64,000 nt of DNA from Eledone cirrhosa (Eukaryota). This document shows positions 40,609 through 51,460 of this stretch, piece after piece (position 1 is the stretch's first letter; each line of letters starts with the position of its first letter). Under the pieces are notes generated by a model that was given only the letters and a program-made list of their open reading frames with translations, was not told the DNA's origin and ran no database searches. The stretch covers positions 342,798,001 through 342,862,000 of the forward strand of contig OZ024740.1 of assembly GCA_964016885.1 (NCBI GenBank), given 5' to 3'. A program made the translations under genes and the position numbers.

Positions 40609-43592
40609 CATCATCATCATCATCATCATCATTTTACGTCCGCTTTTCCCTGCTTGCAAGGGTGGGACGGGTCTTATTCAGCACAGCATCTCTCCACTCG
40701 TCACGGTCCCTCGTCATCTCCACCGTGAGCTTCAATGATCTGAGGTCTGTTCTCACCACCTCCGCCCATGTTTTTCGTGGTCTACCTCTACCACGTCTTC
40801 CTTCAACTGGCATTTCCTGGCACTTCTTCACCCATCGGTCATCCTCCATGCGCATCACATGTCCATACCACCTCAGTCTCCTCTCCCGTACACTACATTC
40901 TATCCCTCTCAGACACAGTTTCTCTCTCAACACATTTATGCTGGGTCGTTCACGCACATTTACACTGCACATCCAACGGAGCATGCTTGCCTCATTTCTC
41001 TCCAGCCGTCGCATATCTTCTGCGGTAGCTGCCCATGTCTCACTACCATGCAGCATCGCGCTCCTCACACAGGCATCATACAACCGGCCTTTTGTACGCA
41101 GGGAGAAACCCTTCTTCGTCAACAGAGGAAGCAGCTCCCTAAACTTCTTCCAACCCGTCCTTATTCTAGATACTATGGCCTCGGAACACCCTCCTCCCAT
41201 GCTAATCTGATCTCCTAGGTACCGGAAGCTATCCACCACTTCTATAGCGCCCTCTCGCATTTGAAAAATGTGTCTATCAGTGCGACTTCTACTGTCTAAT
41301 TTCCCTGTACATCTACTGCATACATATTTCTCCCTACCTGTTAGTTTGCCTGCTATCCCGCTACATCTCTTGTGTACCCAGGACCTACATTGTGTGCATT
41401 TTATAGAATTTATGCCAGTTCCTTTTCTGCATATCGAACATGGCCATTTCCCTGACGGAATCAGGGTTTTGTCCTCTTTTCTACTCATCAACACTTTTGT
41501 CTTAGCTAGATTTACTCTCAGTCCTCTTGCTTCCAACTGCTGTTTCCATAGCCGGAATTTATTCTCTAGCTCCTCTACTGATTCTGCCATAAGAGCCAGA
41601 TCGTCAGCATAGAGAAGTTCCCATGGACAGCCAGTCTTAAACTCCTCTGTTATGGCTTGGAGGACTATAATGAACAAGAGCGGGCTGAGGACCGAACCCT
41701 GATGTACTCCTACTTGTATCTGGAATTCCTCACTAAACTCCATTCCTACCCTGACTTTACTGAGAGTACCTCTGTACAAAGTTTGCACTGTCCTTACAAG
41801 CCATTCCTCAACACCCAGCTTCCTTAGGGACCACCAGATGACAGATCGGGGTACCCTATCAAAGGCCTTCTCTAGGTCAACAAAGGCTAAGTATAGTGGC
41901 TTATTCTTCTCTAAGAACCTCTCTTGCATTTGTCTCACCAAGAAGAGGGCATCTGTTGTACTCTTCCCAGGCACAAAACCAAACTGCATCTCATCTAGTT
42001 TGACCCTTTCTCTAATTAGTTGTGCTAGAATCCTTTCTGCCACTTTCATAACCTGATCTATCAGTTTTATACCCCTATAATTGCTCCTCTCCAAAGCATC
42101 CCCTTTACCTTTGTAGCAATTTATGAGAATACTGCTGCACCAGTCTTTGGGTATGACACCACCATATATAGCCTGATTGATTATGCGTGCAACCAGTTTA
42201 GTGCCTACGTCCCCTGATGCCTTCAGCATCTCAGCAACTATTCCCGATGGTCCGGCCGCCTTACCATTTTTCATTTCCCTAATCGCCTCTTGGACCCTAT
42301 ATTCGTCAATCTCAATAGCTGGTCCCTCTGTCGGATCTACCAAGGGTAATTTCTCTCTCTCCCATTCGTTCTCCACATTCATCAGTCTCTCATAATGACA
42401 TTTCCAGGCCTCCTTTTTCTGGTCATTCGTGACACTAAGTACACCGGCATCATCCCGGACACATTTATCACCAACAACATCCTGATTTGCATTGACACAC
42501 TGCCTTGCAATGTGGAACACCGCACGCCTCTGATCTTCCCGTCGCAGAACATTGGCAAACCTCCTACTCTCTGCCTCCCTGCGTGCTAAGTACACCTGAC
42601 GTCTAGCTTCTCTCTTAGTGGCTGTATATTCTTCCCTACTCCCACCCTTATTCCAAGCCTTCCATGCTAGTCTTTTGTCTCTAATAGCCTTATCTACACT
42701 GCTGTTCCACCACCAGGTCACTCTCTGTCTGGTTGGAGCTCTGCTCCAGCCACAGGTTTCATCAGTAGCCTTCAGCAAGTTGTCACGTAAGAACTTCCAG
42801 TTATTATCTATGTCATACGTCTCTAAATCGTCTTCTTTTTCGTCATATACATCTTGAAGGGCTTTCCTAAATTTGAATTTTAGTGAAAGGTCTTTTAGCT
42901 TCCAGACCTTTCTTCTCCACACCTTCCTATATGTCTCATTCCATCTCTTGCTTACTGAGATATCACTAACAACTAACCTATGCTGTGGGGTACATTCTTC
43001 CCCAGGGTATGCCTTGGTATTAGACACTATCTGCCTGTCCCGCTGCCTAACTAGCAGGAAGTCAATCTGGCTTATGTGCTCACCAGATTTGTAGGTTATT
43101 AGGTGATTGGCAGGTTTCTGGAAGTTTGTGTTGCAAATAGTCAATGTACTTGCATCACAAAATTCAAGAAGTCTCACTCCTTCTTCATTTCTTGAACCGT
43201 AACCGTGCCCACCATGTACCCCAGTGTAACCATCCTGGAGCTGTCCAACATGACCATTGAAGTCTCCTGCTAGCATAACGATGTCTCCGTCCTCTGTCAT
43301 TGTGGTTGTTTGCAAAAGTTGCTCATAAAAGCAGTCTTTCTCATCTTTGCCTAGGCCTGCTTGGGGAGCATAGACCGAGATGATTGTCAGTAGTCTCCTA
43401 CCTACAACTAATCTAAGCTTAATTATTCGATTACTAACTCGAACTACCTCTATTGTCTTATTGATCCATTTCTCAGCCAGGAAAATGCCTACTCCCCCTA
43501 ACCCATCATCCTTACCTACCCAGAATAGCTTATAGCTAAGACGCTTGCCTACGACTAGTCTCGCAGAGGCACCCCTCCATCTCACCTCTTGC
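40609..43592 (-). mobile_element. PHD-RTE subfamily A with uninterrupted 986-aa APE-RT-PHD ORF (40634-43594); extreme N-terminus missing
   Basis: [42 protein letters not shown]4HC3 finger at about 41309-41440; stop immediately before tail; (TA)n flanks. Confidence 0.97.
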
Positions 43593-43629
<37 letters not shown>

Positions 43630-43665
43630 ATATATTATATATATATATTATATATATATATATAT

Positions 43666-43697
<32 letters not shown>

Positions 43698-43770
43698 ATA
43701 TATTATATATATATATATTATATATATATATATATTATATATATATTATATATATATATATTATATATAT

Positions 43771-43804
<34 letters not shown>

Positions 43805-43825
43805 ACATTATATATATATATATAT

Positions 43826-43859
<34 letters not shown>

Positions 43860-43998
43860 ATATATTATATATATATATATTATATATATATATATTATAT
43901 ATATATTATATATATATATATTATATATATTATATATATATATATATTATATATATATTATATATATATATATTATATATATTATATATATATATATA
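43593..43998. repeat. Interrupted (TA)n array between head-to-head RTE copies
   Basis: Seen directly. Confidence 0.98.
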
Positions 43999-46900
43999 TT
44001 GCAGGCGACCTAAATGGTCACGTTGGACAACATTGTGACAGCTATGACGGAATCCATGGAGGCTATGGGTTCGGTACTAGAAATGAGGAAGGCTCCAGAA
44101 TCCTGGAATTCTGCGACGCAAATAACTTAACTATCTGTAACACTAACTTCAAAAAACGAGACAATCACTTGATCACCTATAGATCGGGGGAACACACAAG
44201 CCAGGTAGATTATATCCTTACCAGAAGACGTGACAGAGTGTCTGTTGTTAACACTAAATCCCACCCCCATGAAGAATTCACCTCCCAACATAGACTGATA
44301 ATTAGCGACCTCATAGTCAGGACGAGACGTACTAGACAGCGGAAGAGGACTATCCTCAGGAGAAAAATATTGAAGCTAAAGGACCCCATAGCCAGAAATA
44401 AATTTCAAAGCATATTACTTGACGCTTTCGACAGTAAGGAAGAGCAATTAGAGTCGTATAATATAGAGGAACAGTGGGAATTCCTGAGAGCAAACCTGCT
44501 GACGGCGGCAGACGAAGTCTGTGGCTGGAGCAGGCCTGTAGGTAGGAGGAGAGTAACATGGTGGTGGAACAGTAAGGTGGAGGAGTCAATTAAGGCCAAA
44601 AAGCAGGCTTGGAAAGTATGGCGGGATGGGGGAAGTAGAGAAGACTATCAAGTGGCCAGGAGGGAAGCTAGGAGACAAGTGTACTTCGCAAGAAGGGAAG
44701 CAGAGGAAAGAAAGTTCAAGCATGTTCTACAACGTGAGGACCAAAAACGTGAGGTGTTCAGGATTGCCAGGCAATGTGTCAAGGAAAACCGTGATATTGT
44801 CGGGGAGAAGTGTGTACTTAACGATGATGGCATACTTGCCATCACCGACGCTGATAAGAAGGTAGCTTGGAAGTGTCACTACGAAAGGCTTCTAAATGAG
44901 GAGAACAAATGGGAGAAAGACAGTCTCCCCCAGATCGATCCAATAGAGGGACCAGCAGTGTTAGTTGAAGGTAGTATAATAAGTAAGGCAATCAAAGATA
45001 TGAAGACGGGTAAGGCGGCTGGGCCTTCGGAAATAGTTGCTGAGATGCTGAAGGCATCTGGTTCGGTGGGACACACCATGGTCACCCGGATAGTTAACCA
45101 AGTCGTACAGAATGGGGTTGTTCCGAAGGAATGGCGTAGCAGCATCATCGTTAACTGCTATAAGGGAAAAGGAGATGCCCTAGATAGGAGTAACTATAGA
45201 GGCATTAAATTAATCGACCAGGTCATGAAGGTCACGGAAAAAGTAATAGCGCAACTAATCAGAGAGAGAATTGATCTAGATGAAATGCAGTTCGGGTTTG
45301 TGTCAGGCAAAAGTACCACAGACGCTCTTTTCATTGTACGACAACTACAGGAGAAGTACCTAGCTAAAAGTAAACCCCTATACTTAGCTTTCGTCGACTT
45401 GAAGAAAGCCTTCGACAGAGTCCCCCGTTCCATTATCTGGTGGTCTCTTAGAAAACTAGGTGTTGACGAATGGCTTGTGAGAGCTATACAAGCCATGTAT
45501 AAAGAAACAGTCAGTAAGGTTAGAATTAACAACGAATATAGTGAAGAGTTTAGCGTAAAAGTTGGTGTCCATCAGGGCTCTGTTCTTAGCCCCCTACTAT
45601 TTATTATTGCCCTTCAGGCTATAACAGAGGAGTTCAAGACCGGCTGCCCATGGGAACTCCTATACGCAGATGATCTAACGCTCATAGCTGAATCAATGAC
45701 CGAACTAGAGAAGAAATTCCAAACATGGAAGCACGGCCTAGAATCAAAAGGCCTTAAAATTAACCTGGCTAAGACTAAAGTTCTAGTTTGTAGGAAAGAA
45801 AATAAGGCGGCGGTCCCATCTGGGAAATGGCCATGCTCAGTGTGTAGGAAAGGCGTAGGTAGAAACTCCATTTTATGTCCCAAATGCAAAGTATGGGTGC
45901 ATAAAAGGTGTAGTGGGATCACAGGTAAGCTAACTAAGAACATAGATTTTACATGTGCCCGGTGCTCTGGTGCAATAAGTAGCAGCAAGTGCCCACAAAA
46001 TACTAGCTCCTTCAACTGCGCAGAGGGTTCTATAGAAATAGTGGACAGCTTCCGTTATCTGGGTGACAAAATCAGCAGTGGGGGAGGGTGCTCTGAAAGT
46101 ACAGTAGCTAGAGTCAGAACTGGATGGAAAAAGTTCAGAGAGCTTATACCACTATTAGCCGCTAGAGGGTTCTCCCTAAAAATGAAAGGCAGGTTATACG
46201 ATGCCTGCATACGAACAGCAATGCTGCATGGCAGTGAGACCTGGGCATTGTGTGCAGAGGATATACGCAGACTAGAGAGGAACGAAGCTTGCATGCTCCG
46301 CTGGATGTGCAATAGTAATATACGTGAACGGCAAAGCATAAACGAACTAAGGAAAAAATTAGAAATAAGAGGGATCAGATGTTGTTTACTCGAGAGAAGG
46401 CTACGTTGGTACGGTCACGTGATGCGCATGAAAGCCGACAGCTGTATAACAAAGTGCAGGGCAATAAAGATAGACGGTAGCCACGGAGTAGGCAGACCCA
46501 GAAAAATATGGGACGAGCTGATAAATTCCGACCTCACACGCTTACACCTCTCCAAGACAATGTCACTGGACCGAGACCTTTGGCGGTACTCAGTAATAGA
46601 GAAGACCCGCCTTACCTAAATACAAAGTAAAAACCTACTACAGTCAGTAGGCATCTCTATCAAAACACACACCCGTCCCACCACCTCCACCCCACCCACA
46701 CCGCCCCTTTCAATGTAAAGTTATGTTGGTCCCACAACATCCAGGCCGAAACAAATGAGATCGTGTAGGTGTCACGACAAAAAACACACAGTCCACGCTG
46801 TAAATGTGGCCGTGTAGGCAACACGGTAAAAACCTCCCAGCCCCACACTGTAAATGTGGTTGGTGTTAGGAAGGGCATCCAGCTGTAGAAAACCCGCCAG

Positions 46901-47127
46901 ACAGTCCACGCTGTAATGTGGCCGTGTAGGCAACACGGTAAAAACCTCCCAGCCCCACACTGTAAATGTGGTTGGTGTTAGGAAGGGCATCCAACTGTAG
47001 AAAACCCGCCAGACAGTCCTATGCGAGCAAGACAACCACTCTTGCCTCAAGTGGGAAAACCCCCGTCCAAACCCATGCAAGAGTGGAACACGGACGCTAA
47101 ACCTGATGATGATGATGATGATGATGA
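43999..47127 (+). mobile_element. PHD-RTE subfamily C, open frame from AGDLNGH to stop 46619, UTR with internal duplication
   Basis: ORF track; PHD 45834-45965; (GAT)n tail; (TA)n flanks. Confidence 0.96.
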
Positions 47128-47218
47128 TATATTATATATATATATTATATATATATTATATATATATATATATTATATATATATATTATATATATATATA
47201 TCTTATATATATATATAT

Positions 47219-47262
<44 letters not shown>

Positions 47263-47336
47263 ATATATATCTTATATATATATATTACATATATATATAT
47301 ATATATTATATATATATATAAATTATATATATATAT

Positions 47337-48812
47337 CATCATCACTGTTTTACGTCCGTTCTTCCACGCTAGCATGGGTTAGACGGGTTGTCTAGTTGTG
47401 TGCAGTGTCTGGTCGGCTGACCATGCCTTGCTCATACAGGAACTGATCTGGCTTGATTTCTACAGCTGGATGCCCTTCCTAACACCAACCTCATTTACAG
47501 TGAGTGCTGGGTGCTTTTTCGTGGCGCCTACACGTCCACTTTACAGTGTGGGCTGGGTGCTTTTTTGCCGTGGCACCTCCACGACCACCTTGCGGTGTGG
47601 GGTGTGGGGGCATATTGTTTATATGCTTCAGCATGTACCCATGGGAGGTCGGGTACTCTGTATTACTGCGTGACGCCAGAAGTCACGGTCATGTGTCATT
47701 GCCTTTGAGAGGTGTAATTGGGTAAGGTCGGCTTTTATCACCTCATCCCAGGTCATCTTGGGTCTCCCCACTCCGCGGTTTCCATCAACTTCTAGTGCTC
47801 TGCACCTTTTTATGCAGCTGTCATCCTTCATACGCATCACATGTCCATACCAGCGCAACCGCCTCTCCTGCACACAGCATTTGATTCCTCTTATGCTCAG
47901 TCTCTCTCTCAATTCATTTATGCTTTGTCGTTCACGTATATTACTGTTACACATCCATCGGAGCATGCAGGCTTCGTTTCTCTCTAATCTACGTAAGTCT
48001 TCCACCTTCAGCGCCCAGGTCTCACTACCATGCAACATCGCTGTTCGGATACATGCATCATACAGTCTGCCTTTCATTCTGAGGGAGAAGCCTTTTGCAG
48101 CTAGCAGTGGTAGTAGTTCCCTAAACTTCTTCCATCCCGTTCTTACCCTAGTTATTGTACTTTCTGAACACCCACCTCCGTTGCTAATTCGGTCACCTAG
48201 GTAGCAGAAGCTGTCTACTGTTTCTACAGGGCCCTCCCAGAGATTGGTGGTGCTTGTTTCCTGTGGCTGTTTGCTGCTTGCTGTTTCAGCACAGCTGCTG
48301 CATGTGAATCCTACATTCTTGGGTTCTGTTTTCTCGTCTACTTACAAGGACCTTAGTCTTTGTCATGTTGACTTTGAGACTCTTTCTCTCTAGTCCCTGC
48401 TTCCAGGTTTGGAATTTATTCTCTAGTTCTATCATAGATTCAGCTATGAGTGCGAGGTCATCAGCATACAGGAGTTCCCATGGGCATCCGGTCTTAAATT
48501 CCTCCGTTATTGCCTGCAGGACTATGATGAACAGGAGAGGGCTAAGAACAGAGCCCTGGTGGACCCCAACCTGTACGCTAAATTCCTCGCTATACTCATT
48601 GCTAATCCTAACTTTGCTGACTGCTCCCCTATACATGGCTTGTACCGCTTTCACAAGCCATTCATCTACTCCTAGTTTTCTAAGAGCCCACCAGATTACA
48701 GCACGTGGAACTCTGTCAAAGGCTTTCTCAAGGTCGACAAATGCCAAGTAGAGTGGCTTACTTTTAGCTAGGTACTTTTCCTGTAATTGCCTCACAAGGA
48801 AGAGGGCATCAG
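47337..48812 (-). mobile_element. 5'-truncated RTE subfamily B with deletion of most of the PHD finger
   Basis: ORFs 48286-48828 and 47628-48077; junction cattctt|gggttctg at 48320/48321. Confidence 0.93.
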
Positions 48813-51207
48813 GTGGAAAACATTCCACTATGATAGAAGCCGTATGAACTCACCATTAGAAAGTGGTGTAAACAACAAATTCGGTTTTAGAACGTGTAAA
48901 AACCCACCCACCAACCCACTGTTAGATGCATTTGAGCAGGACCTTATGAACTTAATCCTTAAAATTAAATTCAAAGGACGTAACACCAACAACAAATTAC
49001 AGAAAGATATCAAAAAACTACTGGACGACCTTAAAAACACCAAAGGAATTGTAGTAAAAGCGGACAAAACATCAAACCTGTACACTATGGATTGCACTAC
49101 ATACAACAACTTCATTCGAAAAGAATTACATAAAAAATATAGAAAAACGAATGAAGTAACTCTTAAGCACATCAATGATGAGGCATGCGAAATAGTGAAA
49201 AATCTCGGAATCGAAGATAGGACAGGAACACTCTTACCGGCGGTACCCACCTTCAATCTTAAGGACCATAAGGTAAACTTTGATAACGACCCTAAAATTA
49301 GATTAATCTGCCCCTCTAAATCGGATATAGGTAAAATAAGCAAATATATCTTAGATAGAATTATCCCCCAAATTAAGGCTAAGGTTAACATTAAACTCTG
49401 GGGGAAGACCCAAGAAGCAATAAGATGGTTTAATAGCATTAGCAATAAGAATAAATCTAAGTTTATCCAGTTTGATATCGATGAATATTACTCATCGATA
49501 TCACCTGAAACTTTGAATAGAGCCATTAAGTTTGCTAAGGATAACTCTGACCTTACAAACGATGAAATTAAGATTATATTAGAAGCTAGGAAAACTATAG
49601 TCAAATTTAAGAACAGTTATTGGGTACGTAAAGATAGACCCTCTAACTTTGACATAACAATGGGCTCTAACGATTCGGCGGAAATAACTGATATTGTGGG
49701 GTTATTTATCGCCTTTAGACTCCAGGAAAAATTCAGCAATCTCCACGGCGGAATATACCGCGACGATGTTCTCCTCCTAGTTAAAAACCTAAATAACCAA
49801 AAACTAGAAAAACTACGCAAAGATATAAGAAAACTACGACTCGAAATAGGACTAACTATAACATATGAATACAACCTTAAAGTAGTTAACTTCCTGGATG
49901 TCACACTCAATTTAAACTCTGGTCTGATTAAACCGTTTCATAAATTGAATGAAAATCTCAAATACGTAAACGTTGGGTCTAACCACCCCATCTCTATAAT
50001 TAAATCTATCCCTAAAAATATTTCCCTTAGAATCTCGGGTCTATCTTCTAACATACAAGTATTTAAGGAACACGCCGAATACTACGATAACGCCCTTAGT
50101 AAAGCAGGCCACCTCAACAAAATAGAGTATATAGATGGGAACAATCAAAACACCCAAAATAAATCCCACATAGGTAGATATAATAACACAACACCAAACC
50201 ACACTTACTACCATAGTATGCACACCAGTAAACCAACAAACAAAACTAATAGAAAGCGATGCAAAGAGTACTTATGGTATAACCCCGAATACAATAGTTC
50301 CATTAGTACAAATTTTCCAGTACTCTTCTTTAAAATAATTAAGAGACATTTTCCTACATCACACAAATACCACACAATCCTATATATATGTATATGTATA
50401 TATGTACACATAGACTAGAGTATGTATGTATATATGTGTGTGTCTATACGTGTGTATATAAAGATAAGTTGAGTATGAAAATGTACACACATGAACGCGT
50501 ATGTATGTACATGAATACATGTGTGTATATATATATGTATGCATGTGTATATGTATGTAAGTATGAACATGTTACTATGTGAATGTGAGTATATGTATTT
50601 TGTAGAGGGGTGCAAATATGTTTGTGTGCGAATGCATGGGTGAAAGGATACGTACACTGGAAAAAAAAAAAAAAATTTAAGTCTGAATGTTAATTAAGTG
50701 CAAACACAAAACCAACCACGCATATCTTTACTATCTCTAATCCCTCTATAGATTTAGAAAAATAACCAATAATATATTCTATAAAAATGTCAAAACAACA
50801 GATGGGAATCTAATTACTCACTGCCACCAAAAATTCTCACTGCTATCAAAAAACCACTCCCTCAACTATTCTTCTAACAACTTCACCCCTCCCTCCTAAT
50901 ATTCTCTATAAAAACCAAACAGGTCCTCAGTAATATTATTCTGATGAAATGACAGTAAATAATAACATTGAAATATTGATTGTCTGCATAACTAATACTT
51001 TGTAGATAGCAGCTGTTTTCAGGTTATGTAACTGTTATAGAAACACGTGTCAATAAATTCCTTTCAACTAAACTGTATCCATTCAAATCTTTCTATTTTT
51101 CTCCGGATTACTTTTGGAATTTCAACTGGAACCGTCGAGCAAACTCTACATGAGCTGTTAATCTACTGTGTGTAATATTTATATTACAACACAACGGAAA
51201 ATACTGT
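48813..51207 (+). mobile_element. Penelope-like element: RT ORF about 48813-50390, no GIY-YIG domain visible, non-coding 3' region with hammerhead
   Basis: VKADKTSN, LKDHK, RLICP, FIQFDIDEYYSSI, ITMGS.DSAEI.DIVG, GIYRDD, VNFLDVTL, YVNVGSNHP, WYNPEY...HFP are Penelope-type RT motifs. Confidence 0.9.
50936..51056 (+). ncRNA. Type I hammerhead ribozyme, predicted cleavage after C51051
   Basis: Stem I TTATT/AATAA, CTGATGA 50941-50947, long stem II ATGACAGT/ACTGTTAT, GAAA 51040-51043, palindrome CACGTG, GTC triplet. Confidence 0.82.
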
Positions 51208-51389
51208 ATATATATTATATATATATATTATATATATTATATATATATATATTATATATATATATATTAAATATATATTATATATATATATTATATATAT
51301 ATTATATATATATATATATATATATTTTATATATATATATATATTATATATATATATTATATATATATATATATTATATATATATATTA

Positions 51390-51456
<67 letters not shown>

Positions 51457-51460
<4 letters not shown>

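Noticed and set aside
40662-43094. Recurrent antisense ORFs over RTE copies
   Set aside because: Shadow frames of the RT ORF; they recur only because the element is repeated and show no recognisable domain.
43545-43998. N-terminal extension of the 1024-aa ORF (and the similar one at 30561)
   Set aside because: Read-through of TA tract and the antisense end of the neighbouring RTE; the true element starts at about 43999.
48787-48828. RTE-Penelope fusion protein
   Set aside because: The elements are on opposite strands; the ORF start is borrowed from antisense RTE sequence at the junction.
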